Source of the DNA: an uncultured Methylomirabilota bacterium
GTDB lineage: Bacteria > Methylomirabilota > Methylomirabilia > Methylomirabilales > 2-02-FULL-66-22
Reading direction: 5' to 3'
DNA: 64,000 nt
Assembly (NCBI GenBank): GCA_963705305.1
Contig: OY970067.1
Coordinates: 3,392,001-3,456,000 of the forward strand
Position numbers and translations under genes: made by a program. A model generated the notes under the pieces. The model did no database searches and was not told the DNA's origin. It worked only from the letters and a program-made list of their open reading frames with translations. The stretch's first letter is position 1, and every line of letters starts with the position of its first letter. Positions 12,009 to 25,029 of this stretch are shown one piece after another.

Positions 12009-13391
12009 GTGAACGTTTCCGTGATCGGGACCGGGTATGTGGGCCTGGTGACCGCCGCCTGTCTGGCGGAGGTGGGCCATCACGTCGTGGGGATGGATGA
12101 CGACCGCCAGAAGGTGGCGATGCTCCAGCGGGGGGAGGTGCCCATCTACGAGCCCCACCTCGATACGCTGGTCGCGCGCGCCCGGCAGGCCGGCCGCTTG
12201 GCCTTCAGCGGCGACGTGGCTGAGGCGGTGCGCGACGCCGATGTCGTCTTCATTTGCGTCAACACCCCGCCGCTGCCCGGCGGTGACGCGGATCTCTCAT
12301 ACGTGGAGCGGGCGACCCGGCGGATCGCCGAGCACGCCGTCCGGCCGCTCATCCTGGTCGAGAAATCGACCGTCCCGGTCCAGACAGGGCAGTGGATCGA
12401 GCGCACCCTGATCGTGTACGGGCGGCGCCCCGGACTGGAGTGCGAGGTGGCCTCCAACCCGGAGTTCACCCGGGAGGGGCGGGCGGTCGAAGACTTTCTC
12501 CACCCCGATCGGATCGTCCTGGGGGTGAAGAGCCGGAGGGCGGAACGCGCCCTGCGCGCCCTGTATGGCCCGATCCTGGACGGCGGATTCGCCTGCCCGG
12601 TGCACCCCCAGGGGTGCCGGCCCGGCCGGATTCCGGTCCTGGTCACCGACATCGCCAGCGCCGAGCTCATCAAGCACGCCAGCAACTCCTTCCTGGCCCT
12701 GAAGATCGCGTTTGCCAATGCGGTGGCGGACATCTGCGAGCGGGCCGGCGCCGACATCGGCCAGGTCGTGGAGGGGATGGGGCTGGACCCGCGGATCGGC
12801 CGCGCCTTCCTGAACGCCGGGATCGGCTTCGGCGGCTCCTGCTTCCCCAAGGACCTCCGGGCCTTCGTGAAGCTGGCGGAGCAGCACGGCGTCGATTTTA
12901 CGCTGCTCAAAGAGGTCGACCGGATCAACCGGGATCGGCGCCACCTGGTGGTGGAGAAGCTGCGGCGCGCCCTCTGGATTCTGCGGGACAAGCGCATCGG
13001 CCTCTTGGGGCTGGCCTTCAAGCCCGAGACCGACGATGTCCGGGAGGCGCCGGCCCTCCACATCGCCCGCCTGCTCCTTGCCGAGGGGGCGGCGGTCCAG
13101 GGCTACGATCCCAAGGCGGGGGTCAAGGCCCAGCAGGCCCTGCCGGAGCTCGCCGTGCGCCCCGACCCGTACGCGGTCGCCGCCGGGTCCGAGGCCCTGG
13201 TCCTGTGCACCGAGTGGCCCGAGCTGGCCCGGCTGGATTGGTCGCGGATGAAGGCCCAGATGGTCCGGCCCCTCATCCTGGACGGGCGGAACGCGCTGGA
13301 CCCTGAGATGCTGACGGCTTTAGGGTTCGAATATCTCGGGATGGGCCGCCGCGATCCCCGGGCGGCCTCCTCCCGGCGGACGGCCCCATGA
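12009..13391 (+). CDS. ugd: UDP-glucose 6-dehydrogenase
   Basis: [39 protein letters not shown]. Confidence 0.93.
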   Translation: MNVSVIGTGYVGLVTAACLAEVGHHVVGMDDDRQKVAMLQRGEVPIYEPHLDTLVARARQAGRLAFSGDVAEAVRDADVVFICVNTPPLPGGDADLSYVERATRRIAEHAVRPLILVEKSTVPVQTGQWIERTLIVYGRRPGLECEVASNPEFTREGRAVEDFLHPDRIVLGVKSRRAERALRALYGPILDGGFACPVHPQGCRPGRIPVLVTDIASAELIKHASNSFLALKIAFANAVADICERAGADIGQVVEGMGLDPRIGRAFLNAGIGFGGSCFPKDLRAFVKLAEQHGVDFTLLKEVDRINRDRRHLVVEKLRRALWILRDKRIGLLGLAFKPETDDVREAPALHIARLLLAEGAAVQGYDPKAGVKAQQALPELAVRPDPYAVAAGSEALVLCTEWPELARLDWSRMKAQMVRPLILDGRNALDPEMLTALGFEYLGMGRRDPRAASSRRTAP

Positions 13392-14338
13392 CCGCCCCCC
13401 GCACCCTCGTCACCGGGGCCGCCGGCTTCCTCGGCTCCCACCTGTGCGACCGCCTCCTGGCCGAGGGCCACACGGTGATCGGGATGGACAACCTCTGCAC
13501 CGGGAGCATGGACAACCTGGCCCACCTCCTGGGCCACCCCCGCTTCCGCTTCATCCACCAGGACGTGACCGAGTACCTGTACGTGGAGGGCCCCCTGGCC
13601 CACATCCTCCACTTCGCCTCCCCGGCCTCCCCGGTGGACTACCTCCGCCTCCCCATCCAGACCCTGAAGGTCGGCTCCCTGGGGACCCACAAGGCCCTGG
13701 GCCTCGCCAAGGCCAAGGGGGCCCGCTTCCTCCTGGCCTCCACCTCCGAGGTCTACGGGGACCCCCAGGTCCACCCCCAGCCGGAGGGGTACTGGGGCCA
13801 CGTGAACCCGGTGGGCCCCCGCGGGGTCTACGACGAGGCGAAGCGCTTCGCCGAGGCCCTCACCATGGCCTACCATCGGGCCCACGGGGTGGACACCCGC
13901 ATCGCCCGGATCTTCAACACCTACGGTCCCCGCATGCGCCCCCACGACGGCCGGGTGGTCTCCAACTTCCTGATCCAGGCCCTCACCGACCAGCCCCTCA
14001 CCCTCTACGGGGACGGGCGCCAGACCCGGAGCTTCTGCTACGTGAGCGACCTCGTGGAGGGGATCGTCCGGCTCCTCGCCTCGGGCGAGACCGAGCCGGT
14101 GAACCTCGGGAACCCCGCCGAGCGGACCATCCGCGACCTCGTGACCGCTATCGAGGCTCTCCTGGGCCGGCCCCTCCAGGTACGCACCCACCCCCTCCCC
14201 GTGGACGACCCCCGGGTGCGCCAGCCCGACATCACCAAGGCCCGCGAGCGCCTGGGCTGGGCCCCCACGGTCCGCCTGGAGGACGGCCTCCGGGAGACGC
14301 TGGCCTACTTTCAGAGCAAGGGGACCGAGGCGCGATGA
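13388..14338 (+). CDS. UDP-glucuronic acid decarboxylase (UXS family)
   Basis: [42 protein letters not shown]. Confidence 0.92.
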   Translation: MTAPRTLVTGAAGFLGSHLCDRLLAEGHTVIGMDNLCTGSMDNLAHLLGHPRFRFIHQDVTEYLYVEGPLAHILHFASPASPVDYLRLPIQTLKVGSLGTHKALGLAKAKGARFLLASTSEVYGDPQVHPQPEGYWGHVNPVGPRGVYDEAKRFAEALTMAYHRAHGVDTRIARIFNTYGPRMRPHDGRVVSNFLIQALTDQPLTLYGDGRQTRSFCYVSDLVEGIVRLLASGETEPVNLGNPAERTIRDLVTAIEALLGRPLQVRTHPLPVDDPRVRQPDITKARERLGWAPTVRLEDGLRETLAYFQSKGTEAR

Positions 14339-14468
14339 GGGGGGGCGGGCGCTGCCTCCGATCGCATCGAGTGTCTGCGATCCCCTGCAATGAGGCGGCG
14401 GGGCCACAGGCGTTCGGCAGCAGAGGTGAATAGGCGAGACTCTGAACCGAACAGGGAAGTTAATATCC

Positions 14469-14503
14469 GGGCGCTGGAGGGCTTCAGCGCCCTCTGTTTT
14501 TTT
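14469..14503 (+). terminator. Rho-independent terminator
   Basis: GGGCGCTGGA/TTCAGCGCCC stem, then TCTG and T7. Confidence 0.6.
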
Positions 14504-14663
14504 CCGTCCGTTCTGCCGCCATGTGTCCGGTATTGTGCTGGTTCCTCCCCGCCGTTACGTGGAAGCAGCCTGTCAGTCCGAAGGGCAGCAGGCCCAAAAC
14601 GGGTTGAATTTTCGGCTAAAATAAGATAGCGTAGCCACCGTTTTGATAAGGATTTACGAAGCC

Positions 14664-15701
14664 ATGAACCAGAATCGACTGCAGAAGTATCTGGAGAATT
14701 TCCCCCGGAGCCGCGTGCTGGTCCTGGGGGATGTTATGGTGGACGAGTATGTCTGGGGAGCGGTCTCCCGCATCTCGCCCGAGGCGCCCGTGCCGGTCGT
14801 GGCGGTTCGGTCGGAGAGCGTGCGGGTGGGCGGGGCTGCCAACGTGGCCGCGAATATCCGGGCCATGGGAGGTGAGGCGCGGATCATCGGGGTGGTGGGC
14901 AGCGACGCGCCGGCGGAGCGGCTGATCCACGAGCTGGAGCGGGCGGGGGTGAAGGGAGACAGCCTGGTGGTAGACGGGACCCGACCCACCACGATCAAGA
15001 GCCGCGTGGTGGCCGGCAGCCAGCACGTGGTGCGCTTCGACCGGGAGAGCGACGCTCCGCTCAGCCCGGCCGTGCGCGCCCGGCTCATGAGCGAGGTGCG
15101 CCAGGCGCTACCCGACAGCGATGTCCTGCTGATTTCCGACTACGCCAAAGGGGTGGTGAGCCCGCCCCTGATCCGCGGCGTCCTGGCCCTGGCGGCCCGG
15201 GCCAAGACGCTCGTCGCGGTGGATCCCAAGGTCCAGCACCTCCCCCTCTTTCGCGGCGTGGCCGTGGTAGCCCCCAATCACCAGGAAGCGGCGGCGGCCG
15301 CCCGGGTGCTGGTGCGCCAGGAGGCGGACCTCCTCCGGGTCGGGCAGATCCTGCTGAAGCGGCTGCGGGCGCAGGCGGTCCTCATCACCCGGGGGGAGCA
15401 CGGGATGTCCCTGTTCGAGACCGGGAGGCCGGTGGCGCATATCCCCACCTTCGCGCGCGAAGTGTACGATGTCACGGGGGCGGGAGACACCGTCATGGCC
15501 GCGCTGTCGCTGGCCCTGGCGGCCGGAGCGAGTATGTACGAGGCGGCGGTCGTGGCCAACTTCGCCGCCGGCGTGGTGGTGGGGAAGCGCGGCACTGCCA
15601 CGGTGAGCCAGCCGGAGCTGCGAAGCGCCATGCAGGACGGCCGGCCGGGGCGGCACCCGGCCCGGCGGCTGCCCGCCCGGCCGGAAAGGTCGAGGCCGTG
15701 A
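14664..15701 (+). CDS. rfaE1: D-glycero-beta-D-manno-heptose-7-phosphate kinase (RfaE domain I)
   Basis: GDVMVDEY, RISPEAPVPVV, ISDYAKG, YDVTGAGDT. Confidence 0.93.
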   Translation: MNQNRLQKYLENFPRSRVLVLGDVMVDEYVWGAVSRISPEAPVPVVAVRSESVRVGGAANVAANIRAMGGEARIIGVVGSDAPAERLIHELERAGVKGDSLVVDGTRPTTIKSRVVAGSQHVVRFDRESDAPLSPAVRARLMSEVRQALPDSDVLLISDYAKGVVSPPLIRGVLALAARAKTLVAVDPKVQHLPLFRGVAVVAPNHQEAAAAARVLVRQEADLLRVGQILLKRLRAQAVLITRGEHGMSLFETGRPVAHIPTFAREVYDVTGAGDTVMAALSLALAAGASMYEAAVVANFAAGVVVGKRGTATVSQPELRSAMQDGRPGRHPARRLPARPERSRP

Positions 15702-16439
15702 GCCCGCGCGTGGTCGGCATCATTCCGTCCCGCTTCGCCTCCAGCCGGTTCCCGGGCAAGGCGCTGGCGGATCTCTTTGGGAAGCCTCTGGTGCAGCATG
15801 TGGTGGAGCGCGCCAGCCGGGCCTCGCTGCTGGACGAGGTCCTGGTGGCCACGGATGACGCGCGGATCCTGGAGGTCGTGCAGGGCTTCGGCGGGAAAGC
15901 CTGCATGACATCACCGAAGCATCCCTCCGGAACGGACCGGATCGCGGAGGTGGCCCGCGACCTGGAATGCGACCTGGTCGTCAACATTCAGGGAGACGAG
16001 CCGCTGCTCGATCCGGCGGTGATCGACAGCGCGGTCGAGCCGTTGATCCGCGAGCAGACTGTTCCCATGGGGACGCTGGCATGCCCCCTGGGGGCGAGCG
16101 AGGCGGCCGATCCCAACAAGGTCAAGGTCGTTCTCGATCGGGAGGGCTTCGCGCTCTATTTTTCCCGCGCCCGCATCCCGTACCTGCGGGATGAGGTGCC
16201 CACGGAATGGGCGCGGCCGTACCTGCTCCATGTCGGGCTCTACGTCTACCGCCGCGAGACGCTGCTCGCCCTGGCAGGCTTGCCGCCCACACCCTTGGAG
16301 GAGCAGGAGCGCCTGGAGCAGCTGCGGGCGCTGGAACACGGTATTCGGATCCGGGTGGTGATCACCGAGCATCGCAGTCTCGGGGTGGATACGCCGGGGG
16401 ACCTGGAGCGCGTCCGGCGGCTCATGGCGAGGCAGGAGT

Positions 16440-16441
<2 letters not shown>
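15698..16441 (+). CDS. kdsB: 3-deoxy-manno-octulosonate cytidylyltransferase
   Basis: IPSRFASSRFPGK, NIQGDEP, ALYFSR, LEQLRALE. Confidence 0.95.
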
Positions 16442-18229
<1,788 letters not shown>

Positions 18230-18232
<3 letters not shown>

Positions 18233-19066
18233 AGCACGACTGAAGTGCGGGTGGGTTCGATCCGGATCGGGGGCGGGAATCCCCTGGTCCTCATCGCCGG
18301 CCCCTGCGTCATCGAAGGCGAATCGCACCTGCTGCATCTGGGAGAGCGCCTCCGGGCGATTTGTGAAGCGGCAGGCGTGCCGCTGGTTCTCAAGGCGTCC
18401 TTCGACAAGGCCAACCGCACCTCGCTCGGCTCGTTCCGCGGACCGGGATTGGCAGAGGGCCTCCGGATCCTCGGCAAGGCCCGGGCGGAGCTCGGCCTGG
18501 CCGTCCTGTCGGATGTGCACGAGCCGGACCAGGTCTCGGCCGCAGCGGAGGTGCTGGACGTCCTGCAGATCCCCGCTTTTCTCTGCCGTCAGACCGACCT
18601 GCTGCTGGCGACGGGACGGACCGGGAAACCCGTCAACGTGAAGAAGGGTCAATTCCTGGCGCCGGAGGACATGGCCAACGTCGTGGAGAAGATCCAGTCC
18701 ACGGGAAATCGCCAGGTGCTGCTCACCGAGCGGGGGACCTGCTTCGGGTACCACAATCTGGTCGTGGACATGCGCGGCCTGGTGGTGCTGCGGCGGCTGG
18801 GGGCCCCGGTGGTGTTCGACGCGACCCACAGCGTCCAGCTGCCGGGGGGCGCTGGGACGGCCTCGTCCGGCGAGCGGGAATTCGTCGCCCCCCTGGCGCG
18901 GGCGGCGGCGGCGGTGGGCGTGGACGCGCTGTTCCTGGAAGTGCACGAGGACCCGGACCGGGCGCCGTCCGACGGGGCGAACATGGTTCCGCTGGAGGCC
19001 TTGCCGGGGCTTCTGGCCGGGGTCACGACGATCTCGCGGGCCCTGGCCCGGCCGGGGAATGCATGA
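18230..19066 (+). CDS. kdsA: KDO 8-phosphate synthase
   Basis: [37 protein letters not shown]; probable TTG start. Confidence 0.95.
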
Positions 19067-20889
19067 GACAGTACGTCCGCCTGCTGCGCTACGCCTTTCC
19101 ATACCGGTTCCGGATCGCGGTGTCCGTCAGCTGCCTGGTCCTCGCCTCGCTGCTGAACGCGCTGTCGGTTGCCTCGCTCCAGCCGGTTTTCGACGGCCTC
19201 TTCAGTGGGAAGGGGCAGCGGATGCTGAGCTTGCCCCCGGCACTTCAAGCGTGGCTAGGGGGCTGGCTGGATCGGGCCCAGCTCTTCATGCAAACCCACC
19301 AGATGAGCGTGCTCACCTTCCTGGCATGGTTACTGCTGGTAGTCCTGGTCGTGAAGGCGCTGATTGGTTACGTCAGCGGCTACCTCATGGCGGATGTGGC
19401 GCAACGGATAGTGACGGACGTCCGGGAGGAGCTGTACTGCCACCTGCACGATCTCTCGCTGGCCTTCTTCCTGCGCCGGAATACCGGCGAGATCGTCTCG
19501 CGGGTGACGAACGACGTGGAAGCGCTGGGAGCGGCCGTCACCGATCTCTTCCGGAACACTTTGCGCGAGCCCTTCACCATCGCCGGGCTGGTCGCCCTCC
19601 TGTTCCTGATCCACTGGCCCCTGGCGCTGGGCTCGATGGTGATCTTCCCGATGACCGTCATTCCCATCGTCAAGTTCGGCCAGAAGATCCATCGCCGCGG
19701 GACGCGGGTGCTGGAGCGGCGAGCCGAACTCTCGACCGTTCTCCAGGAGGGGGTTACGGGCGTCCGCATCGTGAAGGCCTTCGGCATGGAGGAGTACGAG
19801 GTCCAGCGCTTCCGCGCCAAGAACCGGGAGCTCTTCCGAGCCATGATGCGCATCGTCCGCGTGGACGCCCTGTCGGGGCCGATCATGGAGATCCTGGAGG
19901 CCGTCGGCGTCGTGGCCGCCGTCTGGCTGGGCGGCTTCATGGTGTTTCGGGGCGAGCTGACCCCCGGGGGCTTCATGGCGTTCCTGGGCGCGCTGGCGTC
20001 CCTCTACACGCCCATCAAGCGCCTCAGCGCGGTGAACAACAACATCCAGCGCGGCATGGCGGGCGCGCAGCGCGTCTTCGAGGTGCTGGACCAGCAGCCG
20101 GAGGTAGCGGAACATCCCGCGGCCCGACAGCTTCCCCGGGTCAAGGAGAGCGTGACCTTCGAGCACGTCAGCTTCGCCTACGAGGCGGGACGCGACATCC
20201 TGCGGGACATTCATTTCCAGGCCAAGATGGGCGAAATCGTGGCCGTGGTGGGGGCGAGCGGCGTGGGCAAGAGCACCCTGGTGAACCTGATCCCGAGGTT
20301 CTTCGATCCCACCTGCGGCCGCGTCCTGATGGATGGCGTGGATATCCGGGAGGTCACGCTGGCATCCCTCCGGAGCCAGATCGGCATGGTCACGCAGGAT
20401 ACGATCCTGTTCGACGACACGGTGGCCAACAACATCGCCTACGGCCACTCGGGCCGCACCGGCGGGGACCGGATTCGGGAAGCGGCCCGCCAGGCCAACG
20501 CGGACGACTTCATCCGCGAGCTTCCCGACGGGTACGCCACCCAGATCGGCGAGAAGGGGGCCCGGCTCTCCGGCGGCCAGAAGCAGCGCATCGCCATCGC
20601 CCGGGCGATCCTGAAGGATCCTCCCATTCTCATCCTGGACGAGGCCACCTCGGCCCTGGATACGGAGGCGGAACGGCTGGTGCAGGAGGCGCTGGAGCGG
20701 TTGATGCAGAACCGGACCACCTTCGTCATCGCCCACCGGCTCTCGACAATCCGGGGCGCCGACAAGATCCTGGTGTTGAAAGACGGCGCCATCGTGGAGT
20801 CGGGATCGCACGCGACACTGCTGGCGAAGGGAGAGGTCTACGCGCAACTGTACGAGGCTCAGCTGATGGCCCCCCACGGGGCTCCGTGA
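19063..20889 (+). CDS. msbA: Lipid A export ABC transporter, fused permease/ATPase
   Basis: TM domain plus [29 protein letters not shown] context. Confidence 0.85.
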   Translation: MRQYVRLLRYAFPYRFRIAVSVSCLVLASLLNALSVASLQPVFDGLFSGKGQRMLSLPPALQAWLGGWLDRAQLFMQTHQMSVLTFLAWLLLVVLVVKALIGYVSGYLMADVAQRIVTDVREELYCHLHDLSLAFFLRRNTGEIVSRVTNDVEALGAAVTDLFRNTLREPFTIAGLVALLFLIHWPLALGSMVIFPMTVIPIVKFGQKIHRRGTRVLERRAELSTVLQEGVTGVRIVKAFGMEEYEVQRFRAKNRELFRAMMRIVRVDALSGPIMEILEAVGVVAAVWLGGFMVFRGELTPGGFMAFLGALASLYTPIKRLSAVNNNIQRGMAGAQRVFEVLDQQPEVAEHPAARQLPRVKESVTFEHVSFAYEAGRDILRDIHFQAKMGEIVAVVGASGVGKSTLVNLIPRFFDPTCGRVLMDGVDIREVTLASLRSQIGMVTQDTILFDDTVANNIAYGHSGRTGGDRIREAARQANADDFIRELPDGYATQIGEKGARLSGGQKQRIAIARAILKDPPILILDEATSALDTEAERLVQEALERLMQNRTTFVIAHRLSTIRGADKILVLKDGAIVESGSHATLLAKGEVYAQLYEAQLMAPHGAP

Positions 20890-20931
20890 TCGCGGCCCAC
20901 CCGGGTCGGTGCAGGGCCGTCGAGGAAAGGC

Positions 20932-21711
20932 ATGGGAGCACTGAAGTCTCCTGTGTGGTGGACTGAGGTGCGCCGAGCGTTAAGAAGGGTGCGGCTCGCA
21001 CTCCGACGTCCATTTGATCGTCGCCGGGCCTTTCGGCGGCTTCGGCAGTACCACGCGCGACCGCGCACCCTGGAGGAAGTCGTGGCATGGGCGATGGACT
21101 TCGGCGGGCGCAAGGGCTTCGCTGTCAAGATGGGGCAGATCCCCTCAGAGATCACGCAATTGGCACGGGCAGTGGCGGCGCTGAGGCCGAAGACGATCCT
21201 GGAGATCGGCACGGCGCGCGGGGGCACACTGCTCCTCTGGTCCAGCCTGGCGTCAGGGCGAGTCATTAGCTGTGATATTCAGGATATGCGCTCTAGGGCC
21301 TGCTTCTATCAGGCCTTTCCGCCGCCGGGGTCCAGTTGCCAGGTAATTCTGTTGAGTGGGGATTCTCATGATCCGATCTTTAGGAAGCGGGTGGCTGGGA
21401 CACTGGGCGGAGAACGAGTGGATCTCCTGTTCATCGACGGGGATCATACGGAGGCGGGGGTGACTACCGACTACTATGACTACCGCGAGTTCGTGCGCCC
21501 CGGAGGTATCATCGCCCTACACGACATTGTCGAGAGCCAGCCGCTGCCAACCAACCAGGTCTTCCATCTCTGGAAACGGATCAAACAAGAGGCCGACACC
21601 GAGGAGTTTGTGGATGACCCGGAGCAGTGTGGTTATGGAATCGGTGTTGTGCGCGTTCCAGAAGAGGCGGGGATTTGCAGCCAGACGGGCATCGCCACCG
21701 ACGTAGGATAA
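20932..21711 (+). CDS. Class I SAM-dependent methyltransferase (Methyltransf_24-like)
   Basis: ILEIGTARGG, DLLFIDGDH, PGGIIALHD. Confidence 0.85.
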   Translation: MGALKSPVWWTEVRRALRRVRLALRRPFDRRRAFRRLRQYHARPRTLEEVVAWAMDFGGRKGFAVKMGQIPSEITQLARAVAALRPKTILEIGTARGGTLLLWSSLASGRVISCDIQDMRSRACFYQAFPPPGSSCQVILLSGDSHDPIFRKRVAGTLGGERVDLLFIDGDHTEAGVTTDYYDYREFVRPGGIIALHDIVESQPLPTNQVFHLWKRIKQEADTEEFVDDPEQCGYGIGVVRVPEEAGICSQTGIATDVG

Positions 21712-21945
21712 CGATCCGGTGCAACAATTTCTCCCCGTCTTTCTCGTCGGATGCTTCCGCGGCCAGAACCCCACGGCGAGGTGCGGATCGTCGCCGGAGG
21801 GCGACTGGGTGGACGAACCCTCCCTCTGAAGAGGCGGCTTCTCGCGCTTAGGCGACAGGTCGGAGGCTCTCCCTCCTCCTTTTCGGCGATTCGCCCCTGG
21901 CCTGGATGGCAGGCGCGCAACGCCATGACGGCAGATAAGGATCCG

Positions 21946-23007
21946 ATGCCTCCGCCCCAGCGGATACTCTGCATCAAGTTGAAGCATATCGGTGACGTTC
22001 TCCTGATGACGCCGGCCTTCCGGGCTCTGAGGCGCGCCTGGCCCGCAAGCACCATAGCGGCGTTGGTGCCTCGCGGGACGGAAGATGTGCTGACCGGCAA
22101 TCCGGATCTTGCCGCGATTTTCACGTTTGATCGCAGGGCATGGGTGCCGGGGAACTGGAGGCTCGTCCGATCCTTGCGGCGCTTCGAGCCGGATCTCGTT
22201 CTGGAGATGGGGCAGGGAGATCGGGAGGCGGTCCTCGGCTGGCTGTCGGGGGCGCCCCGACGCCTGGGCTACGCCCCCGCAGGGTCAGGGGGATGGCGCC
22301 GGCTGCTTCTCACCCGGACGGTGCCCTGGAACGGGGTGCAGCACGTTGTGGAGACGAACCTCGATCTGGTACGGGCCTGCGGGGTCCCCGCCGACGCGTC
22401 CCGCCCGGTCTTGGTCGTGCAGGCTCCGGCGCGGGCGGAGATGGCGGCGCGCGTCCAGACCGACCGACCCCTGGTCGTTGTCCATCCCGTCTCCCGATGG
22501 TTGTTCAAGGCGTGGCCGGAGGCTGGGTGTGCGGAGGTCATTACGCGGCTGATCCGGGACGCCGGAGTCGCGGTGGCTGTCACCAGCGGCCCCGCACGGG
22601 CGGAGGTGGAGGCTGCGGCCAGGATCCTGGCCCGGGTGGAAGCACCTGTCATCAACCTAGTGGGCCGGACGACCCTTCACGAGCTGGCAGCGGTCCTCGA
22701 GCGGGCCGTGCTGTTTCTCGGGGTGGACTCGGCTCCCATGCACATGGCGGTCGCCCTGGGACTTCCGGTGGTGGCTCTCTTCGGCCCGTCGGGGGAGCAC
22801 AATTGGGGCCCCTGGGGGCAGGGCCACGCCGTCGTTTCCAGCCCGTATCTGTGCCGGCCGTGCGGGAAAGACGGATGCCTCGGAAGCAAACGGAGCGACT
22901 GCCTGGAGGCGGTTTCTGCCCGGATGGTGTGGGAGGCAGTTGCACCGATCCTGAGCCGGGTGCCGGCCCCACAGGCAGGCCACACATGCGCAGGCCGATC
23001 TCCGTAG
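21946..23007 (+). CDS. GT9 heptosyltransferase (RfaQ/heptosyltransferase III-like)
   Basis: IKLKHIGDVLL, HPVSRWLFKAW, GVDSAPMHMA; AAGGA RBS. Confidence 0.88.
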   Translation: MPPPQRILCIKLKHIGDVLLMTPAFRALRRAWPASTIAALVPRGTEDVLTGNPDLAAIFTFDRRAWVPGNWRLVRSLRRFEPDLVLEMGQGDREAVLGWLSGAPRRLGYAPAGSGGWRRLLLTRTVPWNGVQHVVETNLDLVRACGVPADASRPVLVVQAPARAEMAARVQTDRPLVVVHPVSRWLFKAWPEAGCAEVITRLIRDAGVAVAVTSGPARAEVEAAARILARVEAPVINLVGRTTLHELAAVLERAVLFLGVDSAPMHMAVALGLPVVALFGPSGEHNWGPWGQGHAVVSSPYLCRPCGKDGCLGSKRSDCLEAVSARMVWEAVAPILSRVPAPQAGHTCAGRSP

Positions 23008-23741
23008 CCATCATCACGCTGAACGAAGAGCGAAACCTGCGCGCCTGCCTGGACAGCGTCAGGTGGGTGGACGAGATCGTGGTCTGCGATTCGGGCAGCG
23101 CCGACCGGACGCTAGCTGTCGCCGACGAGTATGGCGCCCGGACGTTCCGGGACGCCTGGCGCGGCTTCGCCGGCCACAAGAATCTGGCGGTGGAGCGATG
23201 CAGCCATCCCTGGGTTCTCGTCGTGGATGCGGACGAGCGGGTCCCTCCGGCGTTGCGGGAAGAGATCGAGGGGGTCCTCGAGGAATCCGAGCCGTGCGCC
23301 GGGTACCTGCTCCCCCGCCGAAGCTATTTTCTGGGACGCTGGATCCGCGGCTGTGGCTGGTATCCGGATGAGACGGTCCGTCTGTTCCGGAAGGGTTGCG
23401 GCCGATTTTCGGATCGCGCCGTCCATGAAGCCGTGGTGGTGGACGGACCCGTAGGACGACTGCGTTCTCCCCTGGAGCATTTCACGTACGATTCCGTCAG
23501 CGCCTTCCTCCAGCGGATGGATCGATACTCGGCGCTGGCGGCCGAGGAGCTGCATCGGGCGGGGAAAGTCCCGCACTCCTGGGATCTGGCGGGGCGACCG
23601 GTCTGGACCTTCCTGCGGATGTTCCTCCTGCAGGCCGGCTGGCGGGACGGGTGGCGGGGCCTGGTGCTCTCGGGTCTGTACGCGGCCTACAGCTTCAGCA
23701 AATACGCCAAGCTCTGGGAGCTCGTGTCGAAAGAGGGCTAG
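22986..23741 (+). CDS. GT2 glycosyltransferase (KdtX/WaaE-like)
   Basis: ISVAIITLNEE, DSGSADRT, VDADE, GWYPD, VHE. Confidence 0.88.
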   Translation: MRRPISVAIITLNEERNLRACLDSVRWVDEIVVCDSGSADRTLAVADEYGARTFRDAWRGFAGHKNLAVERCSHPWVLVVDADERVPPALREEIEGVLEESEPCAGYLLPRRSYFLGRWIRGCGWYPDETVRLFRKGCGRFSDRAVHEAVVVDGPVGRLRSPLEHFTYDSVSAFLQRMDRYSALAAEELHRAGKVPHSWDLAGRPVWTFLRMFLLQAGWRDGWRGLVLSGLYAAYSFSKYAKLWELVSKEG

Positions 23742-23856
23742 CGCGATGGGACCCCCAGCCTGGCCCTTGGGGCGGTCTCCCCGGGTCCTGGGCGAGCGGA
23801 GCGCGCGGACGTGCTCCTCGGATATGCGAGGGCACGTCGGTGAGTCCGGGTCGAGC

Positions 23857-25029
23857 ATGAGATCAGCGGAAGGGCTCAGCATCCTCCATTCGGAATCCTC
23901 CCTGGGCTGGGGCGGACAGGAGATTCGGATCCTGGCTGAGCTCACGGGTCTGGCGCAGCGGGGATGGCGGACGGGCCTGCTGGCCCGTTCTGGGAGCCAG
24001 ATCATGGAGCGGGCGCGCGCCGCGGGGGTGCCGGCGTGGGAGGTACAATTCCGCCATGCCCTGGACCTCCCTTCGGCCATGCAGGCGGCGCGCTTTCTGC
24101 GCGCGGTGGCGGCGGACGTGCTGGTGACCCACAGCTCCAAGGACAGCTGGGTGGGGGCGTGGGCCGGCCGGCTGGCCGGGGTGCCGCTGGTGCGGATGCG
24201 GCACCTGGCGATCCCGGTGAGGCGGAACCCTGTCTCGCGGCTGGTCTACACGCGCCTCTGCCGGCGCATCGTGACCACGGGGGAGGGCGGCCGGCAGCTG
24301 CTGATCCGCGAGATCGGGGTGCGGCCCGACCGGATTGTGGCCGTCCCGACCGGCGTGGACCTGGAGCGCTTCGACCCGCGGCGGGTGGAGGGGGGCGGGC
24401 TGCGCCGCGCCTTGGGCATACCCGCCGGGACACCCGTGGTGGGGATGGTGGCCGTGCTCCGCAGCAAGAAGGGCCACCGGTATTTCGTGGAGGCGGCGCG
24501 CGAGGTGGTGCAGGTCCTGCCGCGCGCCCGCTTCCTCATCGTGGGGGACGGTCCGATGCGGGCGGCCGTGGAGGCGTGGATCGCGGAGGCGGACCTCTCC
24601 GGCTCCGTGCGGCTGCTGGGACATCGGGAGGACATGCCCGAGGTGATGGCTGCGATGGACGTGGTGGTGCTTCCATCGCGCCGGGGCGAGGGTGTCCCCC
24701 AGGCCCTCACGCAGGCCCTGGCCATGGAACGGCCGGTGGTGACCACCCAGGTCCCCGGGGTATTGGAGGTCGTGGAGGATGGGGTCACCGGCCTGGCGGT
24801 GCCCCCCGAGGATGGGTCCGCCCTCGCCAAGGCGGTGCTTCGCTTGCTGGAGAGGCCGGAAGAGGCAAAGGCCATGGGCCGGGCTGGGCGCCGGCGGGTT
24901 GCCGCCGGCTTCAGTCTGGAACGGATGCTGGATCGTGTGGAGGCCGTGTACCGGGAGGTCGCGGCGATGCACATCGCGCCGCCGGAGTCCGGGGCTTCCG
25001 GCGGCAGGCGCCTGCGGAGGCTGCAGTAA
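23857..25029 (+). CDS. GT4 glycosyltransferase
   Basis: HSESSLGWGGQE, THSSKDSW, KKGH, EGVPQALTQALA. Confidence 0.88.
   Translation: MRSAEGLSILHSESSLGWGGQEIRILAELTGLAQRGWRTGLLARSGSQIMERARAAGVPAWEVQFRHALDLPSAMQAARFLRAVAADVLVTHSSKDSWVGAWAGRLAGVPLVRMRHLAIPVRRNPVSRLVYTRLCRRIVTTGEGGRQLLIREIGVRPDRIVAVPTGVDLERFDPRRVEGGGLRRALGIPAGTPVVGMVAVLRSKKGHRYFVEAAREVVQVLPRARFLIVGDGPMRAAVEAWIAEADLSGSVRLLGHREDMPEVMAAMDVVVLPSRRGEGVPQALTQALAMERPVVTTQVPGVLEVVEDGVTGLAVPPEDGSALAKAVLRLLERPEEAKAMGRAGRRRVAAGFSLERMLDRVEAVYREVAAMHIAPPESGASGGRRLRRLQ

Noticed and set aside
14435..14480. TPP riboswitch (TGAACC...TAATA...GCG)
   Set aside because: Lacks CTGAGA and the ACCTGAT/GCGNAGG spacing
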